64,000 nucleotides of DNA from Myxococcales bacterium (GTDB lineage: Bacteria > Myxococcota_A > UBA9042), in NCBI GenBank assembly GCA_037441385.1, contig JBBISH010000003.1, forward strand, positions 1-64,000, in the 5' to 3' direction. Positions 1-8,285 of the stretch are shown one piece after another (within the stretch, counting starts at the first letter, position 1; the number at the start of each line of letters is the position of its first letter). A model generated the notes under the pieces. The model had not been told where the DNA came from. It did no database searches and was given only the letters and a program-made list of their open reading frames with translations. The translations under genes and the position numbers were made by a program.

Positions 1-2786
1 TTGCCGTCGCCGCCATAGCCCACCTTGCAGGCGCACGTGTAGCTCCCCACGGTGTTGGTGCAGGTCGCGGCCTTGTCGCAGCCGCCGTTGTTGGTGATGC
101 ACTCGTTGATGTCGATGCACGATTTGCCGTCGCCGGTGAAGCCGGGCTTGCAGGCGCAGGTGCTGCTGCCGGGCGTGTTGGTGCAGACTGCGTAGGGCGA
201 GCAGCCGCCGTTGGCGTTGGCGCATTCGTCGATGTCGGTGCAGGTCTTGCCGTCGCCCAAGAAGCCCGGCTTGCACGCGCAGCTGAACGAGCCGGTCGTG
301 TTGGTGCACACGGAGTCGGCGCTGCAGCCGCCGTTGTTGGTGGCGCATTCGTTGACGTCGTTGCAGGTCTTGCCGTCGCCCGTGAAGCCGGCCTTGCACG
401 CGCAGGTGACCGAGCCGTTGCTGCCGCTGCCCGTGGGCGGAACATACGTGCAGGTCGCGTTGGCCGAGCAGCCGCCGTTGTTGGTCTTGCACAGGTCCAC
501 CGCCTTGGTGCAGTAGGTGACGCCGTCGCCCGAATAGCCCGACTGGCACTGGCACAAGTAGCTGCCGGGCTGGTTGATGCATAGACCGCCCGAGGCGCTG
601 GCCACGCACTTGGCGGTGCCGGCGGCGCACTCGTCCACGTCGTTGCACACGGTCTTGCCGTCGCCGACGTAGCCGGTCTTGCACTCGCACTTGGCCGAGC
701 CTTGCGAGTTCAAGCAGTTGGCCTGCGAGTGGCACTTCAGCACGCCCATGGCACATTCGTCGATGTCGTTGCAGCCGTAGCCGTTGCCGGTAAAGCCGGA
801 CTTGCAGGCGCAGGTGTAGGCGCCGGGGGTGTTGGTGCAGTCGGCGTTGGGGTCACACTTGTTGGCCACGCCGGACGCACACTCGTCGATGTCGGTGCAG
901 GTGGTGCCGGGACCGGTAAAGCCGGCCTTGCAGATGCAGAAGCGGCCGCCTTCGTAGTTCTGGCAGGTCGCGTCGGGCGAGCAGCCGCCGTTGTCGGTCT
1001 GGCACTCGTCGATGTCGTCGCAGGTCTTGCCGTCGCCTTGGAAGCCGTCTTTGCAGGCGCAGGTCACGCTGCCCACGGTGTTGGTGCAGATTGCGTTGTC
1101 CGAGCAACCCGAGGTGCCCGCTTTGCATTCGTCGATGTCGACACAGGCAAAGCCCACGGTGTTGCCGCAGTCGTTCTTCTTGCCGCAGGCGCCCAGATCC
1201 TGGACCAGGCTGCTCACCTCGCTGCCCAGGCAGCCGCTAGTGCACGCGTCGTCCGTGCAGGTGCTGGCGCAGGCCAACTGCGCAGCGCAGGTGGCGTCGG
1301 CCTGGCAGGCGGCGATCTCGGTGGGGCACAACTTGGTCACGCAGGCCACGTTGCTGGCGGTGGTCGACTTCTGACCGTAGCCGGGCTGGCAACTGCAGAC
1401 ATAGCTGCCCGCGGTGTTGCTGCAGTCGGCCGATAGGTCACAAGCTGATGTTTTTAGGGCACACTCGTCCAGGTCAGTGCAAGTCACACCGTCGCCCTCG
1501 AAGCCTGGCTTGCACGCGCAGCTGTAGCTGCCGGGCTTGTTGGTGCAGATCGCGTCGGCCGAGCACTTGTCGCCCGAAGCACATTCGTCGATGTCCAAGC
1601 AGACCTTGCCGTCACCCAAGAAGCCGTCGGGGCAGGTGCAGATGGGTTCCAGCGTGGTCGAATTCTGACACACGGCGTTGGGATCGCACGGGTTATAGGC
1701 GCTATTGCACACGTCGAACGCGCCGACCAGCACGGCGGGGCTCTGGACGATCGCCGCCGCCACGCCTTCGCTGTCTTGCACCACGGCGGCACACGCCAGC
1801 GAGTCGCCAGCCTTGACGGCCGCCCCCTTCGCCGCCGCCGACTTCAGGTCAGGCACCTTGACGGTCTGCGTCTCTACGCCCGGATTGGTGTAGGTGCCGA
1901 CCATCCAAGACCACGTGTAGGTAATGGTGTCGCCGTCGGCGTCCGTCGCCGATGCGGCCACCGCGCACTCCACTTCGGAAAGCAAATCCACGGCAGTCGG
2001 CGTCACCGCGAGCACCGGCGCCACCGGCGCGGCGTTCAGGATGGTGACGCTGGCCACCGCCTCGGCCCCTTCGGTCTTGACGTCTTTGGCGCGCACTTTG
2101 ACCGTCCACTTTTCGCCTTTGGCGGTGGCGGCGTTGGGCAACACCTTGTCGTTGTAGGTGGTGGGCTGGTCGTTCTTGAACCACGCGTACACGTAGGTCA
2201 GTTCGTCCGCGGCGCGGTCGGGGTCCGAAGCAGGCGTGAGGATCTGCACGACCAGATCGTCGGTCGTGGTGGGCGCGCTGGGCAGCAGCTGGATGGTCGC
2301 CGCGCCGGGCGCCCGGTTGACCAGGACCACCACGCTGGCCGATCCGACCAAGCCCTGGCTGTCTTTGGCATCACACGAGATCTTGACCGGCCCGTCGGGC
2401 AGCTTGTTGCTGTCGAATTCGACGATGCCGCTGGCATCGCCCGGACCCTCGTTCAGCACCTGACCGTCCTGGGTTTTCCAGGTCACGGTCAACTTGGTCG
2501 GCGGGTCCACGTCGTCGCTGATGCTGGCGGCAAAGTGCACCAACTGCCCAGGCGAAAGCACGGCGTCTTCGGCAGGGCTTTTGATCGAAACCTTTGGCGC
2601 CTGGTTCACTTGCGCCCCGTCGCCGCTGCTGATGCCGTCGCCCCCGCTGTCTTGGCCGTCGGCGCCCAAATCGTTCGCGCCGGTCGGCTCGTCGATCTGA
2701 ACCTGACCGCACGCCGCGGCGGTGACCAAGGAACCGGTCAAAATCAGGCGCAACCAGGACATCTTCGGGGGGGATTTCAGCAGCAT
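1..2786 (-). CDS. Large surface lipoprotein with Ig-like domains and tandem Ca-binding EGF-like repeats (3' end outside window)
   Basis: Manual translation from ATG 2786 (AGGAG upstream): MLLKSPPKMSWLRLILTGSLVTAAAC (lipobox), beta-rich Ig-like segments, then 12 EGF units of the form DIDEC..C..C.N..GSY.C.C..GF.GDG..C. Still in frame at base 1. Confidence 0.9.
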   Translation of the reverse strand, partial: MLLKSPPKMSWLRLILTGSLVTAAACGQVQIDEPTGANDLGADGQDSGGDGISSGDGAQVNQAPKVSIKSPAEDAVLSPGQLVHFAASISDDVDPPTKLTVTWKTQDGQVLNEGPGDASGIVEFDSNKLPDGPVKISCDAKDSQGLVGSASVVVLVNRAPGAATIQLLPSAPTTTDDLVVQILTPASDPDRAADELTYVYAWFKNDQPTTYNDKVLPNAATAKGEKWTVKVRAKDVKTEGAEAVASVTILNAAPVAPVLAVTPTAVDLLSEVECAVAASATDADGDTITYTWSWMVGTYTNPGVETQTVKVPDLKSAAAKGAAVKAGDSLACAAVVQDSEGVAAAIVQSPAVLVGAFDVCNSAYNPCDPNAVCQNSTTLEPICTCPDGFLGDGKVCLDIDECASGDKCSADAICTNKPGSYSCACKPGFEGDGVTCTDLDECALKTSACDLSADCSNTAGSYVCSCQPGYGQKSTTASNVACVTKLCPTEIAACQADATCAAQLACASTCTDDACTSGCLGSEVSSLVQDLGACGKKNDCGNTVGFACVDIDECKAGTSGCSDNAICTNTVGSVTCACKDGFQGDGKTCDDIDECQTDNGGCSPDATCQNYEGGRFCICKAGFTGPGTTCTDIDECASGVANKCDPNADCTNTPGAYTCACKSGFTGNGYGCNDIDECAMGVLKCHSQANCLNSQGSAKCECKTGYVGDGKTVCNDVDECAAGTAKCVASASGGLCINQPGSYLCQCQSGYSGDGVTYCTKAVDLCKTNNGGCSANATCTYVPPTGSGSNGSVTCACKAGFTGDGKTCNDVNECATNNGGCSADSVCTNTTGSFSCACKPGFLGDGKTCTDIDECANANGGCSPYAVCTNTPGSSTCACKPGFTGDGKSCIDINECITNNGGCDKAATCTNTVGSYTCACKVGYGGDG

Positions 2787-2979
2787 CACAGGTCTCCTGC
2801 GCGAAAATCCACCGCATGGGCGGGGGCAAAATCGGCACCCAATAGTGTCCGGGTTGCGCGACCGCAATGCAAGAAAGTGGCCGCGAATTTGCTTCAGGGT
2901 GGGCCACCCGACGGGCGCCAAGCGGCGGCCACGGCCGCGGCCCGCACCAGCCCGGCGGCAGGTTCGTGGCGGAAATGCG

Positions 2980-3008
2980 TTGACAGCGCGGACGCCTAAC
3001 CCTAGCAT
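2980..3008 (+). promoter_or_regulatory. Sigma70-type promoter for yceD-rpmF
   Basis: TTGACA (2980-2985), 17-bp spacer, TAGCAT (3003-3008). Confidence 0.7.
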
Positions 3009-3039
3009 GCGCCGCCCCGCTTGGGGACCTGGACGACCT

Positions 3040-3573
3040 GTGCCCATTTCGCTGCCCATCGCTGACCTTGGCTCCGCGCCGACCTTGCTGAACGAAAAGC
3101 TCAGCACGGCTTGGTGTGCCGAGCGAGCCGGCGACGTATACCGCGCCGTAGAGCCAACCATGGATGTGGAGCTCGAAGCGGTCAAGGCTGCGGAAGTGGT
3201 CGAAGTCAAAGGACATATTCGCGGCGCATTTGGCTTCGATTGCAGCCGTTGCGCCGAGCCCGCGCAGCTGCGCATCGACGAGCCCTTTGGCCACCACTTT
3301 GTCGGCCCCGGTCAACTAGACGCTGGCGAGGAAGTGGACGAATTCGATGCCGATCCCGACGTGAGCGAGCACGACGGGGTGCGCATCGAACTCGACGACC
3401 TGCTCGTCGAAGTGGCGTTGCTGGCCTTGCCAGCCGTGCCGCTGTGCGACCCCGACTGCAAAGGCCTGTGCCCGCAGTGCGGCACCAACTTGAACCGCGA
3501 GAGCTGTGGTTGCCCACCCGCCAGCCTTGCCTCGCCAACCTGGGCAGCCCTGCGCGACTTCAAGGTCAATTAG
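3040..3573 (+). CDS. yceD: YceD/DUF177 ribosome-associated metal-binding protein
   Basis: CSRC, LP..PLC.PDCKGLCPQCG.NLN...C.C and W.AL motifs; directly upstream of rpmF. GTG 3040 chosen because ATG 3007 lies inside the -10 box. Confidence 0.9.
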   Translation: MPISLPIADLGSAPTLLNEKLSTAWCAERAGDVYRAVEPTMDVELEAVKAAEVVEVKGHIRGAFGFDCSRCAEPAQLRIDEPFGHHFVGPGQLDAGEEVDEFDADPDVSEHDGVRIELDDLLVEVALLALPAVPLCDPDCKGLCPQCGTNLNRESCGCPPASLASPTWAALRDFKVN

Positions 3574-3670
3574 CGCCGCAAGCGCCGATCGGCCTGGAGC
3601 CGGCAATCGCTAGTTCCCGTATTCTGCTAGGTCCACCGCCATCGGGGCCCAGCGCATTCTGGAGGAAGAA

Positions 3671-3874
3671 ATGGCAGTTCCAAAGAAACGCATGTCGAAC
3701 GCCCGCACGGCCAGCCGCCGCGCCCAGTGGGACGTCATCTCGGCGCCGAGCCTGGGCACCTGCCCGTCGTGCGGCGCTCCCGTCCGCCCGCACCACGTGT
3801 GCGCGGCTTGCGGCAAGTACCGCGGCCGCCAGGTGCTCGCCGCCACAGTGGACACGACCTCGCCCGCCGAGTAG
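3671..3874 (+). CDS. rpmF: 50S ribosomal protein L32 (Zn-ribbon type)
   Basis: MAVPKKRMS...CPSCG...PHHVCAACGKYRGRQV; GGAGG RBS. Confidence 0.97.
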   Translation: MAVPKKRMSNARTASRRAQWDVISAPSLGTCPSCGAPVRPHHVCAACGKYRGRQVLAATVDTTSPAE

Positions 3875-3950
3875 TGGCTCCAACCGTCCCGCTCTGGCGC
3901 GGGTCGCGCGATCTGCGACCACGGGCTTTGTGGCGGACGACGAGGTTGCC

Positions 3951-5279
3951 ATGACGTACTGCGGCTCGCGGTTGTCGGTCCCGATGGGCATGCCCACGAC
4001 CGGCGTACCAGCCAGTGTCCACCTTCCCGCCGCGGCCCAGCGCCGCGCCGCGCGAACTTGGGCGCTGGCTTGGGCCATTTTTGGCCGGGCCGTCGGGCTT
4101 CTGGGCCTTTGCATCGTCACCTTGGCGGTTGCGGCGATCGCGGCCGGCTGCAGTGACTCGGCGGGCGGCAGCGGCACCACCACCGTGGCCGACGCCGGTG
4201 CCGACACAAGCGGCAGCCAGGTCGGCCTGGGCGAACTGACCGCCGCCGTCAAAGATGGCCAACTGACCTTGGGCTGGCCCGAAGACGAATGGCCCATCCA
4301 CTGCCTGCTTTTCCATCAAGACAAGGGGACCAAGGCCGCCGACACCATCCTGTGCAGCAAGGAGACCGGCCAGCGCAGCGTGACCGTGGGCCCCGAGGCG
4401 GGCAAGAACGGCGCGGACTACGCCTGGACAGCGACCAAGGACTTTGTAGAGGGCACGGCAACTTGGGAGCTGCGCGGCGGCGACACCTGGGGCAGCACGC
4501 CGCACTCGGTGGCCAAAGGAAAGGTCGCGATCGGCCCGCGCTTTGATGGCCCGTGCAGCACCGCGACGACCAAGGCCACCGGCCTGGAGCAGTGGCACCC
4601 CAAGGGCCCCGTCAAGCTGGACATTTCGGTGCAGCTGGGCGAGGCGGCCCGCTCGGACATCGAGTTCTGCACGCCCGAGATTTGGGTCGACACGGTCCCG
4701 GCCAAAGGCAGCCCAAGCGCGGGCGGGACCATCAGTTTTGCGTACACGTTCGACACGCCCGGCATGTACACCGTGGAAGTGAACAACACGGGCGGCGGCG
4801 CAATCCTCAACTGCGCGGTGTATGTGGGCGGTGCGCTACCGTTCGTGTCGGTGTCGATCACGGGTGGCCCAGGCTTGCAGGCCGATCCCGACGAAGCGCA
4901 GCTGGCTTCGTACCGGCAGAAACTACTGGAACTAACCAACGCCGAGCGCGACAAAGTCGGGCGGCCGCCGCTCAAGCTCAACGATACACTGAATCAAATG
5001 GCGCAGTACCACAGCCAAGACATGGGCGCCAAAGGCTATTTTGGCCACGACTCGCCCAGCGGCGAAAGCGTGGGCGACCGCGCCAAGAAGTTCGGCTGGA
5101 CCAAGGGCGTGGGCGAGAACATCGCCTCGGCCGGTTCGATCGCCGGGGCGCACAACGGCCTGTATTGGAGCGCGGGCCACCGGGCCAACATGCTCAGCAC
5201 CTGGTCGGTGGTCGGCTTTGGCATCGCCAAGGACGGCAAGGGCACCAACATGCTCGTTACGGAAAACTTTGGCGAATAG
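3951..5279 (+). CDS. Putative lipoprotein with C-terminal CAP/SCP domain
   Basis: Hydrophobic stretch ending IAAGC; C-terminal TNAER..L..MAQYHSQDM..YFGHDSP..GENIA..SAGHRANML. Start uncertain. Confidence 0.8.
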   Translation: MTYCGSRLSVPMGMPTTGVPASVHLPAAAQRRAARTWALAWAIFGRAVGLLGLCIVTLAVAAIAAGCSDSAGGSGTTTVADAGADTSGSQVGLGELTAAVKDGQLTLGWPEDEWPIHCLLFHQDKGTKAADTILCSKETGQRSVTVGPEAGKNGADYAWTATKDFVEGTATWELRGGDTWGSTPHSVAKGKVAIGPRFDGPCSTATTKATGLEQWHPKGPVKLDISVQLGEAARSDIEFCTPEIWVDTVPAKGSPSAGGTISFAYTFDTPGMYTVEVNNTGGGAILNCAVYVGGALPFVSVSITGGPGLQADPDEAQLASYRQKLLELTNAERDKVGRPPLKLNDTLNQMAQYHSQDMGAKGYFGHDSPSGESVGDRAKKFGWTKGVGENIASAGSIAGAHNGLYWSAGHRANMLSTWSVVGFGIAKDGKGTNMLVTENFGE

Positions 5280-5303
5280 CCGCAGCCGCTCGTGGGGGAC
5301 AAG

Positions 5304-5735
5304 ATGCGCATCTCGATTGCTTCGGATCACGCGGCCGTACACCTGCGGGCGCATTTGGTCGAAAGCTTGGTTCGCCAGGGGCACGAAGTCGACGACCTGG
5401 GCTGCGATGTGGACGCCCGCGTCGACTACCCGGACTACGCCGCAGCCGTCGCCGGGGCGGTGGTGACGCAACAGGCCGATCGCGGGATTCTTCTGTGCGG
5501 CACGGGCATCGGCATGTCGATCGCCGCCAACAAGATCGTGGGGATCCGCGCGGCCGTGGTGCACGATGTGACCACCGCACGCTTGGCGGCCGAGCACAAC
5601 GACGCCAACATCGTCTGCATTGGCGCCCGCGTCACCGGTCCGCTGGTCGCCGAAGAGTGCATCACCGCTTGGCTGAGCACGGTCTTTGACCCGCGCCATC
5701 GCGCCCGCCTGGCCAAGATTGCCGCGATGGAGTAG
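5304..5735 (+). CDS. rpiB: Ribose-5-phosphate isomerase B
   Basis: ASDHAA, DYPDYA, CGTGIGMSIAANK, HNDAN motifs. Confidence 0.96.
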   Translation: MRISIASDHAAVHLRAHLVESLVRQGHEVDDLGCDVDARVDYPDYAAAVAGAVVTQQADRGILLCGTGIGMSIAANKIVGIRAAVVHDVTTARLAAEHNDANIVCIGARVTGPLVAEECITAWLSTVFDPRHRARLAKIAAME

Positions 5736-5741
5736 CCCCCA

Positions 5742-6227
5742 ATGCGCTGCCCGCTGTGCCAACATGACGCCGACCGAGTGCTGGACTCGCGGCCCTCGCC
5801 GCAAGGGGATGCCACCCGCCGCCGGCGCGAGTGCGAGCGCTGCAACCACCGCTTTACCACCTACGAGCGCGTGGAACTGCAGCTGCCGTTGGTGGTCAAG
5901 AAAGACGGGCAGCGTCAGCCGTTTTCGCGCGACAAGCTGCTGGCCGGCATCTTCAAAGCGGTGCACCGCCGGCCTGTGACCGCCGAGGTCGTGCACGATT
6001 GGGTGCGCGGCGTGGAAGTCAGCCTGGCCGAACGCGGCGAGCGCGAGGTCGAGTCGGCGCAGCTCGGCGACTTGGTCATGAGCTTCTTGCGGAGCACTGA
6101 CCTGATCGCCTATGTCCGTTTCATCAGTGTCTACAAGGAATTCGATACCATCGACGAACTGCTCGACGAGGTCAAACCCTTGGCTGCCGAGGCTCGCCAG
6201 CGCCGCTCTGCCCCGCCGCGCGATTGA
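5742..6227 (+). CDS. nrdR: Transcriptional repressor NrdR
   Basis: MRCPLC..VLDSR..RRRREC..C..RFTTYE, ATP-cone, AYVRFISVY. Confidence 0.97.
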   Translation: MRCPLCQHDADRVLDSRPSPQGDATRRRRECERCNHRFTTYERVELQLPLVVKKDGQRQPFSRDKLLAGIFKAVHRRPVTAEVVHDWVRGVEVSLAERGEREVESAQLGDLVMSFLRSTDLIAYVRFISVYKEFDTIDELLDEVKPLAAEARQRRSAPPRD

Positions 6228-6261
6228 CGGCCGCCGGGTTTCACCCCTGCTCCGCGAGGCC

Positions 6262-6328
6262 GATGGACGCTGCCCCAAGACGGACACTGCCCCAAGACGG
6301 ACACTTCCCCAAGATGGACGCTGCCCCC
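6262..6328 (+). repeat. 17-bp tandem repeat, ~3.9 copies, at the ribD 5' end
   Basis: GATGGACGCTGCCCCAA / GACGGACACTGCCCCAA / GACGGACACTTCCCCAA / GATGGACGCTGCCCCC. Confidence 0.9.
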
Positions 6329-7420
6329 CACGACGACACGACTTGGATGCAGTTGGCCCTTGCCGAGGGCCGGCGCGGCGATCGGCGCGTGCGGCCCAAC
6401 CCGCGCGTGGGCTGCGTGCTGGTCCAGGGCGATCGGGTCGTGGGGGCCGGCTATCACGCGCAAGTGGGCGGGCCCCATGCCGAAGTTGTTGCGCTGCGCC
6501 AGGCTGGAGCGGCGGCAAAGGGGGCAACCGCCTATGTGACGCTGGAGCCGTGCAATCACCACGGCCGGACGCCGCCCTGCAGCCATGCTTTGCTCGAAGC
6601 GGGCGTGGCGCGGGTGGTGGTGGGCGTGGCCGATCCGCACCCCAAGGCGCAGGGTGGCGCGGCCTGGCTGCGCGAGCGCGGCGTGACGGTTGACGTGGGC
6701 ATTCTGACTGCGGAGTGCCGCGAGCTGGCCGAAGTCTTCTTGTGCAACCAAGAGCACAGTCGGGCATTTGTGCACCTGAAGATCGCGGCCACGCTGGACG
6801 GGCGCATGGCGGCCCAAGACGGCAGCAGCCAATGGATCACCGGCCCGCAAGCGCGGCAGGCGGTGCACCGCGAACGGGCGCAGAGCGACGCGATTTTGGT
6901 GGGAAGCGGGACTGCCTTGGCCGACAACCCGCGCTTGGACGTGCGCCTGCCCGAGGCTGCGCCGGAGCCCCTGCCCTTGCGGGTGCTGCTGGACCGACGC
7001 GGGCGGCTGGCTGTGGCGCCGCAGACGCTACAAGTGCTGGAAACGGCGAAACAGTCGACGCTCATCTACACGCAGCAGCCCGCTCGCTTGCCCGCCCAAG
7101 GCGGGCCCAACCTGGAAGTGGCGGAGTGGCCGGGCGACGGCGACGATCTTGTGGGAATCTTTACGGATCTTCTGCGTCGTGGTTGCTGTCAGGTGTTGTG
7201 CGAGGCAGGGCCGACCCTGGCGACGGCGCTGCTGCGGCAAGGCTTGGTCGACCGCCTGGACTGGTGGCTGGCGCCCAAACTGCTCGGCTCAGGGCGCAGC
7301 GCCATCGAAGACCTGGGAATTCAAACGATTGCCCAGTGCGCGCAGTGGCGATTCGCGCCCCCGCACGTGCACGGCGACGACATCTTGCTGGTGGCAAGGC
7401 CCACCGGCGCGGCGAGGTAG
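6263..7420 (+). CDS. ribD: Bifunctional riboflavin deaminase/reductase RibD
   Basis: PNPRVGCV, HAEV, TLEPCNHHGRTPPC, SQWIT, DNPRL motifs. Start at ATG 6263 or in-frame ATG 6314. Confidence 0.95.
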   Translation: MDAAPRRTLPQDGHFPKMDAAPHDDTTWMQLALAEGRRGDRRVRPNPRVGCVLVQGDRVVGAGYHAQVGGPHAEVVALRQAGAAAKGATAYVTLEPCNHHGRTPPCSHALLEAGVARVVVGVADPHPKAQGGAAWLRERGVTVDVGILTAECRELAEVFLCNQEHSRAFVHLKIAATLDGRMAAQDGSSQWITGPQARQAVHRERAQSDAILVGSGTALADNPRLDVRLPEAAPEPLPLRVLLDRRGRLAVAPQTLQVLETAKQSTLIYTQQPARLPAQGGPNLEVAEWPGDGDDLVGIFTDLLRRGCCQVLCEAGPTLATALLRQGLVDRLDWWLAPKLLGSGRSAIEDLGIQTIAQCAQWRFAPPHVHGDDILLVARPTGAAR

Positions 7421-7423
7421 GCC

Positions 7424-8050
7424 ATGTTCACGGGATTGATCGAGGGGATGGGGCGGGTGCACGCCTGGCACAAGCAAGCGGAATTTGCGCGGCTGGAGCT
7501 GGTGGCCAACCTGGGCGACGACGTGCCGCCGCAGCTGGGCGACTCGATTGCGGTCAACGGTTGCTGCCTGACCGTGGTGGCGTGTCAGCCGGCCAGCGAG
7601 GGCTGGCTGGTCGCCTTTGAGCTGTCGCACGAGACGCTGGCCCTGACCGCCTTTGGCAAGCTGCAACCGGGCGATCGCGTCAACCTAGAGCGCGCGATGC
7701 GGCTGGGCGATCGGCTGGGCGGGCACATCGTCACGGGGCACGTGGATGGCTTGGGTCGCCGGGTCGCAGTCGTGGAAAATGACGGTGCCTTCGATGTGAC
7801 CTACGCCGTCCCGGCCGAGCTGGAGCCGGAACTTGTGCAAAAAGGCAGCGTGGCCATCGATGGGGTGTCGCTGACGGTCAACCGCTTGTGGCCTGGGCAC
7901 TTCTTGGTCACGCTCATCCCCCACACCGTAGCGCACACGCAGTTGCTGGATGGCGAGTTGGGGCGCGCGGTGCACCTTGAGACCGATGTCCTGGCCAAGC
8001 ACGTGCGGCGGTTGCTGGCGTTGGGCTGGCAGCCGGGCGGTGCGGCGTAG
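7424..8050 (+). CDS. ribE: Riboflavin synthase (alpha chain)
   Basis: MFTGLIE, GDSIAVNGCCLTV, VNLERA, GGHIVTGHVDG, KGSVAIDGVSLTVN. Confidence 0.96.
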   Translation: MFTGLIEGMGRVHAWHKQAEFARLELVANLGDDVPPQLGDSIAVNGCCLTVVACQPASEGWLVAFELSHETLALTAFGKLQPGDRVNLERAMRLGDRLGGHIVTGHVDGLGRRVAVVENDGAFDVTYAVPAELEPELVQKGSVAIDGVSLTVNRLWPGHFLVTLIPHTVAHTQLLDGELGRAVHLETDVLAKHVRRLLALGWQPGGAA

Positions 8051-8285
8051 CGAGCCTTGGTCCCAGGCAAGACGACCGGATCGCGGCAAGTCGTGGCTGC
8101 GTTGACCAGCCTGGATGACTAGCCAGTCAAGGGCCAACCTGGGCTGTCCCCTGGATTTTGCAGCCTGCCGAGCGGCCATATTCTTGGATTTTTCTCAGAA
8201 TGGGCTATGGTGGACAGGGCGCACTCCACAGCGCAGGGGCAGTGAGGCGAGCGTGACAGCAGACAAGCCGATCGGGGCAGCGGCC

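Noticed and set aside
211..2999. Plus-strand ORFs (211-516, 702-1436, 1776-2999 and others)
   Set aside because: Antisense shadows of the EGF-repeat gene; their repetitiveness mirrors the EGF units
6228..6262. FMN riboswitch upstream of the rib genes
   Set aside because: The spacer is too short and lacks RFN consensus blocks
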